The translations under genes and the position numbers were made by a program. A model generated the notes under the pieces. It saw only the letters and a list, made by a program, of their open reading frames with translations. It was not told the origin of the DNA and ran no database searches. DNA of 63,976 nt, filler included, from Chrysochromulina tobinii (Eukaryota): the NCBI GenBank assembly GCA_001275005.1. It is 6 parts of 6 records of this genome, joined end to end, with 100 filler letters (N's around TTAATTAATTAA, not from the genome) between each part and the next. Parts side by side here need not be neighbours in the genome. Positions count along the whole stretch, not along the records: positions 1 to 15,038 come from JWZX01000905.1; 5 more parts are not named here. The stretch is one strand, 5' to 3'. This document shows, piece after piece, positions 1-11,000 of the stretch (positions within the stretch are counted from its first letter, which is position 1; each line of letters opens with the position of its first letter).

Positions 1-3000
1 GGGCTGATCGCGCTCTGGCTCATCTGTGAGAACAATGAGAAGATCAAGCAGCTCGACCTGCGCAACAACGGCGTGGGCACCAAGATCGAGGACTCGACTG
101 GCCTGTCGCGCATGCTCTCGACGAGCACGGCGCTCACCGTGCTCGATCTCGGCAACAACTGCCTCGGAGACCTCAAGGGATACTTACGCCCCTTCGGGCG
201 TGGGCTGAGCTCGAATAAGACGCTGATCCAGCTCGACCTTCAGAACAATCGGCTGCTGCCCGACGGCATCAAGATCGTGTGCACCGCGCTGCGCACGTGC
301 ACCGCCTTGAAGATCCTCAACCTGAGCAACAACTCTCCCGGGCGTGAGATGACGCTCTCCCTGCTTCTCCAATTCCACCCGACGCTGCAATCCGTGGGCG
401 TGATTGAGAAGGAGCCCACCACGCGTGCCGAGAGGACCTGGTGGCTCGACACGCGGGCCAAGGAGGCCATCGGGAAGGCGCTGCTCCTGTCCAAGTTCGC
501 CTCGATCCACTACGTGCAATGCGACGTGTTCACGCTCACGGACAAGACGGAGGTTCTCTCGTGGACGTCGCAGGCCAACTGCGATGCGATCGTGCTCGCC
601 GGCGTGCTACGCTCAAACTCGGTGCTCAAGGCGCTCAATATCGGCTCTACGGGCGGCGAGATCGGTGACTACGAGCGCGAGGCCATCGGGCTCTCCTTGA
701 TCGCCAACATCAACGGCAAGCTGGGCTACTCGGACATGTACGGGCTCAAGGAGAGCATGAGCCCGACGCACCGGGTGGATCTGAAGGAGAAGGACCAGAT
801 TCGATCTCGGCGCTCGTTCACGCTGTTCGCGGGGCTGCTACGTGCCAACTCAACGCTCACCACCCTCACGCTCGCGTCCTTGGTGCCCGAGCAGATCGAG
901 GTGCTCGCAGACGCGCTCTCGACCAATACGACGCTCGTCTCGCTCATTCTCGAGCAGCCGAGCAAGACGGGCGACACCGCGTTCGCGTTGCTGCCTATCC
1001 AAGAGCTCAACGGTATGAAGAAGATGGAGTTCATCGACCTGTTTGAGAAGGGCTACGGTGGCCTCTGCGTCAATGACAACCCCGCCGCCGCCGCCGCCGC
1101 GGCGGCCAGCGCGACCGCCGCGGCCCTCGCTGGAGGCCCTACCATCCCGATGCACAGGCTGGCGTGCGCCTTTGTCGGCGCCATCCTGGGCGCCTCGATG
1201 GCGCCCAACCGTACCATCCAGCGTCTCAAGATCAACCCCGGAGGCGGCTCGGAGGGCGGCGCGGTGCTCGACCACCTGCACAAGGCACGCAGGTCGTCGC
1301 TCCTCGTCCTCGACCTGACGGACATCGGCCTCGGTGAGCGCGGCGGCGCCCGGTTCTTCGAGTCGATGCTCGCCGGCAAGTGCCCAATGCTCAAGGCTCT
1401 CCACTTGGGCTCAAACAAGCTCACTGACCTGTCTGTGGGCCAGTTGATCGTCGAGGTGCTCCGCTCGGACACGTGCAACATCTCGACGCTCGACCTGCAC
1501 GACAATCAGCTTGGCGCGCCGGTGATGGTGCAGTCGTTGAAGTACAACCGATCGCTCACCTCGCTCAACATCACCGGGAACCCGATCGACGATGATGGGT
1601 TGTTTACCATCGGCGGTCTGTTGCTCGAGCAGGATTGCAAGTGCGCCATCAACTCCATCTCAGTCGCCCCCTTCGAGATCCCCCACGGCTCTGATAAGAT
1701 CGCCATCCACGAGCAGACCCTTGGCGCCGGTGCAACTCGTCTCATGTTCGGCGTGCTCAAGTACAACACGCTCATCAAGAAGCTCGACCTCAAGAACCGC
1801 GGCATCACGCCCTCCGCCGCCTCCATCCTCGCCGTCGCCGTGACCGCCAACACCGTGCTGCAGTCCATCGACCTTTCGGGCAACCCCATCGTCGAAGTGT
1901 CGCAGTACACGGGCGATAAGCCGCAGAGCGATTCCAAGGGCCTGCTGGCCCTGTCCATGGCTGTGCAGAAGAGTTCGTCGGTCGAAGCAATCACGCTCGA
2001 GGGCGGCACGCTGCCAGTGGACCAGCTCAAGGGCGTAAAGAAGGTACGTATCCTCGATCTGTCGCGCAAGAACTTGTCGCTGATCTCGGCCTACTTCATG
2101 GGCACGCTGCTCTCGGGCAACAACTACATGACCGAGCTCGTGCTCCACACCAATGACCTCACGCCAAACGGAGTCAAGATCGTCGTGAAGCAGATCACGA
2201 CCGCGATGAAGACCATCGACGTCGCGAACGCGGTCAAGCGTGACGAGAAGGCGAACAAGGACAAGGGGACGAAGAGCAAGTGGGGCGGTGCAGTGTCGGC
2301 GGCCAAGGAGATGGACGTGCCAACTCACGAGCTTGAGCAGATGTGGAGTGCGATCTCCGATTTGCCCTGGCTCGACAAGCTCACGCTCGACAAGGACTTG
2401 CTAACGGCCTTGCCGATGGTGGGCAAGATGATTGGCCTGAAGCACCTGAGCGCCGCGAACAACAAGCTCAGCATGCTGCCCTCAGACATCAACCTGATCC
2501 GCGGCATGCGCACGCTGCAGCTGAACGGCAACCATTTATTCGAGCTGACGCACGCAGTAGGCGAGCTCGAGCAGCTGGAGCGGCTGGACGTGCGCGTGAA
2601 CAAGCTGCAGTACCTGCCCACGACCGTCTCAAAGCTGCGCAGCCTCAAGCAGCTCGATGTGTCAGAGAACATGCTGCAGACGCTCGACCCGTCGATCTGC
2701 GACCTGCACGCCATCGAGAAGGCCGAGTTCAAGGACAACCCGCTCGTGCGCCCGCCGATGGCGATAGCTCGCCAGGGCCTCGGCGCAGTGCGCAAGTACT
2801 TCCAAGAGGTGGTCACCGCCGTCGACATCCGCTCCTACTCGGCCCGTTGCGTGATCCTCGGCCATGCTGAATCGGGTAAGACCACCCTCGTACGCGCCCT
2901 GAAGCACAACATCGCCCAACTGCCCTTACCGGCTCCGAGCGTCTACGAGTCGACAAACCACGTGTCCATCGAGACGATCACACTCGGGGAGGGGGCGGAG

Positions 3001-6000
3001 CAGGTGGCGCTGTCAGTATGGGATCTCCAGGGCTCTCTACACGGCGCGTCGACGACGATGCGCTACCTCTCCGAGAACTCGTTGTTCATGCTGACCGTCC
3101 CTGCGCTCAGCGTGGTCCAACTGACGAGGGAAGGGACGGAGTACGTGGAGCGGTGGCTGAGCTACCTGCGCCACTGCGCGCCGACTGTGACGGTCATTCC
3201 CGTGCTGACCAAGTGCGACATCATCAAGGGGCATGAGGTTGGGCAGGGCGGCTCGTCGGTGCCTCTGAGCCAGCAGCTCGAGAACGCTGCGGCGCCGCAG
3301 CTCGCCTGGTTCAACGAGCAGCTCGACAAGTTTTTGAAGCTGCATGCGGGCCCGCCGGGCACGAAGACCATCAAGATCCTGCGCCCAATCCTTTGTGTGC
3401 AGTCCGTCTCGGGCGGAGAATCGTCAATTGCGCCGCTCAGGGAGAAGCTCGAGGGGCTGATGAAGGGGCCCTTGGAGGAGAAGCCGTTGCCACACGTGGG
3501 CCAGATCGTGACGCGCAACGCCTTCCTCACAGCAGTCTTCATTCGGGCCCTGCGCGATGGGCGCGAGTTCATCGACTCGGCGCGGGCGGCCGACATTGGT
3601 TACATCCCCTCCACGATGTCTGCCGAGCAGAAGAACTCGCCGAAGCCATTTTTGAGGTTCGAGGACATGGCGATGACGTACGTCAACGAGTTCGTGCCCG
3701 CACTCAAGCTGACCGGAGCGGACGAGCGCGTGCTCAGAGACCAGCTGAAGCTGCTCCAAGCTCAGGGCGAGATTATATTGGATCCGACTGGAAGGGTCGT
3801 CTTCCTTGACCGAGAGTACCTGATCCGCATGTTCAAGCCGATGTGCGACTCCCGGTTGGGGAACCGCCTCTGGCTGTCGCGCACGATCGCGGCGCAAGAC
3901 GCGCTGCGCGCCCTCTATGGGCGGCCGCTGTGCACCGAGTTTGAGAAGATTGCGCTGGGCAACTCTGCCGAGAACTTCGAGAAGACGGGTGAGATCCACG
4001 AGGAGCTCATCATCAACATGTGGGACGCGCTCGGGTTGCCGGTGCGCCGTGAGGACTATGGGCAGATGATCTCGATGCTGTGCACCTCGGGCCTCATCTA
4101 CCTCGCGGACAAGGACGTGGCCGGTGGGCGGCGGTGGGTCGTCCCGATGCGAGTGCCCCCTCCGAAGGCGGACCTGCTCAAGGAGCAGTGGCTCAGCGCG
4201 ACCGCCGAGGCCTACGAGAACGAGGGCAAGGCGAAGACGGTCGAGGTGCTCACGATCGCGCTCTCCCTCGGTCGGCTGCCGGTGACCGGTCTGTTCGAGT
4301 CGCTCATCTCCTCCTGCGATGGCTTGGGCTCGTGGGTCGAGAGCTGGCGCACCCCTTCGGGCACGGGCGCCACCCTCAATGCTAAGGCGGTCTTGCCGGG
4401 CGTCTCGCATCTGATGATCGAGATGCGACCGAGGACCACGAGCGAGACGAAGGATGGGCTAAAGGAGTGGGAGCTGGCCATCGAGGGCCTCTGCCCAAAG
4501 ACGACGCGGCGTGACGCGTGGGCCTCGGTCATGTTGATCAAGAGCAAGGCGCAGTCGGTCATCGACTCAATCGTGGGCGTCGCCGAGACGTGCCGCGCTT
4601 CGTTTGTCTGCCCTGGGTGCAAGGGCCTCAAGGACCCCGAGCCGTTCTCGTGGGCGCTCGAAGACGTGCTCGCCCGAGCCAAGACCTGCGAAAAGTGCAA
4701 CGAGCAGGTCCAGCTGAACACCGCGTCGCTCAACAGCGGTATCTCATCGCCCAAACTCCTCGTGATGGAGAAGGCACTCAACTCGGCGCCGCGCGAGATC
4801 AAGGTGCGTGACTGCCTTTGAGCGGCTCTCTGATCTCGCCTCTTTGATCTGCTTCTCTGATCGCCTCTCTGATCGCCTCTCTCTGACGGCCTCTCTGATC
4901 GCCTCTCTGATCGCCTCTCTCTAATCGCCTCTCTGAGCGCCGCTGACGCCTACCGCGAGTGCTGCCCTCTGCAGTTCTGCCTCGAGAAGCTGCGCTTCGG
5001 CCGGCCCCTCGAGTCTGTCTTCCCGTTGCATGTGCTCCTCGGCCTGAACTCACAAGAGGAGATCGACAAGGCTCGAGCCAGTGGTATCGACGGCATCATC
5101 GCCGAGATCATCGCTAAGCCCGACCCCGCGCGCTCGGATACTACGGAGACGCGCAACACCTCGGGCTGGTCGAGCCTCGAGTGGCTCAAGTACGTGGATG
5201 ACCCTAGGATGACCCCGCTGATGCCTCTCTGAGTGCTCCTCTGAGTGTTTCTCCCCCTCTACCCCCCTTGTCGGATGGCAGGTACCTTGCGGGCGACGCG
5301 GCAGAGCTCGCGGTCCAGGCCGCCGCCGCCGCCGCCGGCGGCGCCAAGTCGCAAGAGGAAGGCGGCGCGGCCAAGGCGGTGGCGGAGTCGCAAGAGAAGC
5401 TCAAGAAGCAGGCCAAGGAGCATGGTATCGATGCCGGGCGTGACAGCGTCGACCTCGGCGTCTTCGTCAAGATGCCGATCTGCGCAGCGGCGGGCCTCCA
5501 CCGTGGCCACGTGCTCGCTTTGCGCCTGTACTCGAGTCGGATGGCGCACGCGATCAACATGCCGCTGCACGACGTCTGCTCGCTCGAGCGACCGCACCCG
5601 TACCCCACGCTCTGCGTGCTGCTCAACGACGCGCTCTGGAAGCTGCGCGCCGCGCAGATTGAGCATCGGAATATGTTGCTCAAGAAGGCGGTCGTCCTGA
5701 TGGAGGCGCACAAGAAGGCCAAGGAGGAGGGCGACGACGACGTTGCCGTTCTCAAGCTCGCGGAGGCCAAGGAAATCGAAACCGCCGCGAAGTCGCTCGA
5801 AATGTAACGTCCTGCCCTGAGATGCCCTCTAGATTGCCTCCGAAAGTCCCCTCTGGAGATGGCCCCTGATGATGGCCACTGATCCACTCTGATGACCTCC
5901 CTCAACAGGTACTCGTTCTGGACGGGCGTGAACAACATGGGCCACTACGAGTTCAAGCTGCGAGGTGCGACCGAGGTTGGCTTCTTCTCCGTCGCCAAGA

Positions 6001-6515
6001 CGCGCCCTGATGCGCAAGCGGCGTCGCATCAGTCGCAGCTGCTCAAGCAGATCAAGCACCTCGATGACGAGTTCGACGAGGAGCGGATCCACCTTGCGCT
6101 CGCCCCCGACTGGAAGCGAGGCATCGCGGGCGTCTCGGATGAGACCACCAGCGGGGTCACGGTGGCGGTCCAAAAGGGAGGCAGCCAAGTCAGGGAGGTA
6201 CGTCTGCTTGCCACGGATGGCCTCTGATTGCATTTGATGACGCCTAATCGCCTCGCTCATCAGGTACCCGTCCTCATGTTCAATGTGGCTACGTCGAGCG
6301 ACACGGTCAACCCAACGGACATCTCCTTTCTATCGTGCTTCCCACAGGAGGGTGAGTGCGTTTTTGCCCCGGGCACCTTCCTTGAGCAGACGAAGATTGT
6401 CGAGACCACCTCGATGAACTTCGACGGCGAGTACCTGCAGTACCGCACCCTCGAGGTGGCGCCAACGCTCGGGCGCAACCTGAGCGCCAAGGGGCGCGCG
6501 CAGGCGGACCTGTAA
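1..6515 (+). CDS. Roco-family protein: RNI-like and canonical LRRs, ROC GTPase, COR-like region, Zn-ribbon, C-terminal ADP-ribosyltransferase-like domain (5' end outside the window)
   Basis: Frame is open from base 1. Many LxxLxLxxN repeats; P-loop GHAESGKTT (~2860-2886), WDLQG (G3), TKCD (G4); CPGC...CEKC. Four GT-AG introns (4804-4974, 5190-5281, 5804-5908, 6198-6263) join the downstream ORFs in frame to TAA at 6513-6515. The tail has ALRLYS, HPYP, FWTG, GATEVGFFSV and DISFLSCFPQEGECVFAP. Confidence 0.85.
4804..4974 (+). other. Spliceosomal intron with (TCTCTGATCGCC)n-like internal repeats
   Basis: AAG|GTGCGT ... TGCAG|TTC restores the frame (REIK|FCLEKLRFGRP); ~12-nt tandem units at ~4826-4935. 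Confidence 0.85.
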
Positions 6516-6557
6516 TGAGTGGGGCCAATCGAGCGCTGTAATGAGCGTGGTCATCCG

Positions 6558-6625
6558 ACGAGCTACATCCGAGCGCCAATCCGAGCTACATCCGAGCTAC
6601 ATCCGAGCTACATCCGAGCGCCAAT
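6558..6625. repeat. Short tandem repeat, 11-nt unit CGAGCTACATC, downstream of the Roco gene
   Basis: About 5-6 imperfect copies visible directly. Confidence 0.85.
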
Positions 6626-7368
6626 CCTGTGTGCTTGTCCTATGTGCGAATGCGTCTGCTGCAGCTCGGAGCTCGAAGCGGAGCACGAAGCGAAGCTGTA
6701 GCACTCCTCTCGCGCCGTTCGCTGTGCGTGTATGCATGATGCTGTCATCACCGTGATGATGTTCCAGTGATACGGACAGCGAGGCGGACAGCGAGGCCAT
6801 GAGGCAGGAGCTCTTCCATGCAGTGTGTGTGGTGAGAAATGTGTGCGCTGTCGCTGCGCTGTGTGGCGAGGGGTAGCGCCGGCGGCCTGGCGCCTAGCCG
6901 GCGCTGCCCTTGGGGTCCTGGGGGAGGGAGCGGCTCTTGGGGTGGGCCTTCGGCCCCCCCGGCGCCTTGGTGGTAAGGGGTAGCACCGGCGCCGGGCGCC
7001 GCCCTGTGTGGGTGTGCGTTCACGTCGTGTGGGGGGTGCGTTCACGTGGGGGCTGGGGCCCGCCGTATCTCGTGCTTCAGTGTGAATGTCATGTATTTCA
7101 CGTGAACGTGTGGTGTTGTTGTGAATCCATGTCGTGGTCAGAGTTTTATTGCGCAAAATGGCTTTCAACTACCCTGTGCCGATTTCATCGTTGGACATTG
7201 CGTTCAGTTGAACAATGTACAATCCGCGGTTGCGTCGGCGGCTCCAAAGGGACCAAAGTTCATGCTTCGTTTGACGACGGTTTGTGTGAAGGATGAAGAA
7301 TTCTCTCCCGAAAAAAAGACACCGATTCACATTCACACCCGTGTGACCGGGGAACCCCGCGCGAGAAA

Positions 7369-9102
7369 ATGCAGCCGCAGTCCGATACGCCCTCGGCACT
7401 GTACAAGGTGGGCGATAAGCTCGTCCTCGCAGCGCCGGCCCACACGGGACTACCCAATGGCGCGGCTGCCATGGTGATATCGCTCCACCCGTTTGAGAGA
7501 GCGAGCGGTTGGTGCTACGGCGTGACGCTCATGGGATGTGGCGCGGACGGAAGCGGCATCCAGTTTGTCAAGTCGGTGCGTGAGACATGGCTCCGCACCG
7601 AGGGCCGCATTGCCACGGCCAAGTCGTGCGCGGCGATGTCCTTTGGCGCGTTTATGCGCCTGGCCCCGCAGATGGTCGTGCCGCTCTTCCAGAGGAGGTA
7701 CTGCTGGGGAGAGCCGCACTGGAGGCAGCTGTGGCGCGACATCGTCTCGCCTCGGCATCTCGTCTCGGCCAGCAATCCACACGCGATCGGGCGTGTGGTT
7801 ATCGCACGCGAGTTGGGCGGCACCGGAGCGAACAGACGCGAGGCGCTCGTGCTCATCGATGGACAGCAGCGCACGACAACGCTCATGCTGCTACTGTGTG
7901 CCGTGCGCGACGTAGCGCGCAGAGTTGATGCGCAGGCGGCGGCGCCGCTCTTGTCTGCCATCAACCACGTACTGCTGAGCCGCACGCGGACCACCCGCCT
8001 GCAGCACGGCGCTGCCGCCACCGCTCTTGCGACGCCCCTCGGCAGCGGCGGCGGCGGCGCCCAAAACGGCGCCCATAGCGGTGCCGCCGCCGCCAGCCGA
8101 CACGAGCTCATGTCGTCCACCATCGAGCAGGCTAAGATTGGTCTCGAGAGCCTCGCTGGTGCAGAGACGGTGAGACTCATACCCACGCGTGACGACCGTC
8201 TGCCTTTTTGCTCGATAGTGCTCTCCGCGCCGTTTGATCGCGCAGCCTCAGAAGGTGCGCGGAAGATGAGCGCATGCTATGACTACTACACGGCGCAGCT
8301 GCTCGCCTGGATGAGACACGATGGCCTCGGGGCCACTGACGAGGACACCATGAGTCAGACAGCGAGGAGCCATACGCCAGCAGGAGCGGCACAGGGCGCG
8401 GTGCACGGCGAGACGGCCGCGTGTATAGACGGCGGACTACCGCACCCCAAGCTCGCGCACCTCGGCTGCGAGATTCAATCTCCGGCGCACCTCGACTGCG
8501 AGATTCAATCTCCGGCGCACCCCAAGCTCGCGCTGCTCGACCGGCTGCTCGAGTTGAGCCTCCAGAAGCTCAGCTTGGTCGTCTTTGAGTTGCAGGACGG
8601 TGTGGCGCTGCAGAATATGTACGATCTTTTGGCGCAGCGGGAGCTCACCCTGAGTCACTTCTTTGCCGAGACGGGCGGCCAGGCGATGCGCCAGTCCGAC
8701 TTGGTGCGCAACCTGCTCCTCGGCCACATTGCCGACGAGGACGAGCGCTTGCAGGCGTATGATGACTGCTGGCGACCGGTAGAGCAGGCGAATGACGACG
8801 GCGACGCGCATTCCCTCGACGGGTTCCTGACGGCCTTCTTGCAATCAAAGCTGCCGGAGCCCGAAGGGAAGGGCAGTGTGGCAAAGGGCACTACGCCGGC
8901 AGGCGTGTCGACGGCGCTGCTCGAGGGCTTTGGTGCACTCGTGCGTGCGCATGGTGGCACCGCCGGCGCGATCAGACTGCAGGCCGTAGGCACCGTCGCG
9001 GCCAATGCGCCGGTTGTCGACAGTGACGCGGCGAGGTGTGCGGCTCTAGATCTGCTCAATCAGCTTCGAGATGCTGCAACGCGAACCCGTAGTGGCCATT
9101 AA
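7369..9102 (+). CDS. DUF262 (GmrS/ParB-like) domain protein with a small N-terminal SH3-like barrel; no HNH domain evident
   Basis: VVPLFQRRYCW, LVLIDGQQRTTT and M-x-QSDLVRNLLL motifs typical of DUF262; intronless 577-aa ORF; in-frame 30-nt tandem duplication at ~8455-8520. Confidence 0.8.
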   Translation: MQPQSDTPSALYKVGDKLVLAAPAHTGLPNGAAAMVISLHPFERASGWCYGVTLMGCGADGSGIQFVKSVRETWLRTEGRIATAKSCAAMSFGAFMRLAPQMVVPLFQRRYCWGEPHWRQLWRDIVSPRHLVSASNPHAIGRVVIARELGGTGANRREALVLIDGQQRTTTLMLLLCAVRDVARRVDAQAAAPLLSAINHVLLSRTRTTRLQHGAAATALATPLGSGGGGAQNGAHSGAAAASRHELMSSTIEQAKIGLESLAGAETVRLIPTRDDRLPFCSIVLSAPFDRAASEGARKMSACYDYYTAQLLAWMRHDGLGATDEDTMSQTARSHTPAGAAQGAVHGETAACIDGGLPHPKLAHLGCEIQSPAHLDCEIQSPAHPKLALLDRLLELSLQKLSLVVFELQDGVALQNMYDLLAQRELTLSHFFAETGGQAMRQSDLVRNLLLGHIADEDERLQAYDDCWRPVEQANDDGDAHSLDGFLTAFLQSKLPEPEGKGSVAKGTTPAGVSTALLEGFGALVRAHGGTAGAIRLQAVGTVAANAPVVDSDAARCAALDLLNQLRDAATRTRSGH

Positions 9103-9173
9103 AAAAAAAAAAGAGGGCAATTATTGCGTCTGTCGTGTTCACGTTCACACCTCCGGAGCATCTCGGACTGAGG

Positions 9174-9963
9174 ATGGTGATCCCGCTACCCCTGCTCGCT
9201 ATGGGCGCGCTTGTGCTCTCGAGCTCCCGGCCTGTGCTGACACGACCGTCTCGATCTGAGCTTGCATCCGCCGCCATCACCATGCGTACCCATCGCCACC
9301 CGCTTCTGTGTGCGACCAAGGAGGCGGTCGTCTCACCATTCGTAGAGGCCGCGCCGGCAAAGGATGCAGCAGCAGCGCCCGCAGCCCCGAATGGCTCGAA
9401 AACGGGCCCGTTGGAGCTGACCTTGCCCAACGTCGAGCTCGTGCTCGACGAAATGCGGCCGTACCTCATCGCCGACGGCGGCAACGTCGCCGTGCGCTCC
9501 ATCGAGGGCGGTGTCGTGAAGCTGGAGCTGCAGGGCGCGTGCGGGTCGTGCCCGTCGAGCACAATGACCATGAAGATGGGTCTGGAGCGCGGGCTGCTCG
9601 AGCGCTTCCCGACGATCGTCTCGGTCGAGCAGGTCGCGCAGGAGGGGCCGGTGCTCGACGAGGCTGGCATCGAAGCGGTACTGCAGGAGATCCGACCATT
9701 CCTCAAGATGACGGGCGGCACGGTGGAGTTGCGCTCGCTCCAAGGCGATGGGCTGCAGCCGACGGCGCGCCTCTCCATCACCGGCAGTGGCGCGACCATC
9801 AACTCCGTGCGGGTCGAGATCGCGCAGCGGCTCAAGCGCAAGGTGTGCCTCACACCCACGCCCAGACGCGCCCAGTGGCCTGCACGCGCAACTGCTCACG
9901 GAAGCGCGCGTTCGCGAGTCTCGCTTGCAGTTCCCGACGCTCGCAAATGTTGAATGGGAGTGA
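9174..9963 (+). CDS. NFU: Plastid NFU-type Fe-S cluster carrier with two NifU-C domains
   Basis: VELVLDEMRPYLIADGGNV...LQGACGSCPSSTMTMKMGLER; second domain lacks CxxC; hydrophobic N-terminus consistent with bipartite plastid targeting; intron 9843-9930 gives the C-terminus RK|FPTLANVEWE*. Confidence 0.92.
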
Positions 9964-11000
9964 CGTCGGACAGCTCAGGAGATGCCAAGAGCGCACGTGG
10001 CACATACTCCGCTCCTAGCTCTCGGTCGGGGGACTTCTTGTCTCTCGGCGACGGGGGTCGTTGCCCGAGCCGCACGGCTCGCAACACTCCGCGAATCCAC
10101 GTCGCGCAAACATTGTCCCTGCTTCTTTAATATCATTCATGCATCGCACACTCAGCCACCGTACTCACACGACACGCTGACACATATGTTAACGACCCGC
10201 ACCGACCACACGGTACCATTGCACGGTACACGCTCCCCACGCTGATCGCATGGCTGACGTGATCCCGCTGTCCGGTCGCTATCCGGCCCGGCTGGAGTCG
10301 GCTGCGTGGACGCTCAGGCGGGAACGCCGAGCGGGGAATCTGCAATCTCCCCTGGCTCTCTCTGCCCGCTCCGCGCTCGCACCACTGCTTCCCGCCGTGC
10401 GGAGATACTTCGACACTTCGGTGAAACGACATGAACGCGGCGAAATGACGTCGACATCCCGACCCATGTGCAGTACAGCGGAGTCCACATGTGCCCAAAA
10501 CAGCGCTATCACGAGAGTTCCCATTCAAATCCTAAACAGACAGGTGTAGGGTCGGGCCCTCTTTTAAACATGAAAAATAGTAGCCACTCCCCCTTGGGTC
10601 AACTCCGCATTGGAACTAAGCGTTCAACTGGGCATCCAAATGCCGTGCCGCTGGCGCCACCTGCCAAGCACCAACATGCTTGCTCATCCCCTACCGGCCG
10701 TTTCACATGGCCATGGGCTGAGCGTGTGTGGTCTCTCCGTCACTCTCTCCGGGGCTGCCAGCCATTTGCATTTCACATTTTCATTTCCACATGGCCATGG
10801 GCTGCCACTTTCTCACTCATCATGCTTCCTTAGGCCCCGGCAAAGTCGAGGTCGGTCAGTCTGAAGAAAGTCGAGGCCGAAACGGGCGCAATGACTGCTG
10901 CAAGCACACCGGAACCACAGAGTCGATCCATGCCCTTGGTACATCGCGATCCCTACTCCCCCGTGCCCCCTTACTTCCGCCATGCTCCAAACCTTCCGCT

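Noticed and set aside
73..4821. ORF-track start and stop as the true gene limits
   Set aside because: Frame is open from base 1 and a GT donor at 4804 continues the gene to 6515.
10000..10990. Short ORFs between NFU and the PKD1-like gene
   Set aside because: No host codon bias or recognisable motifs; treated as UTR or intergenic.
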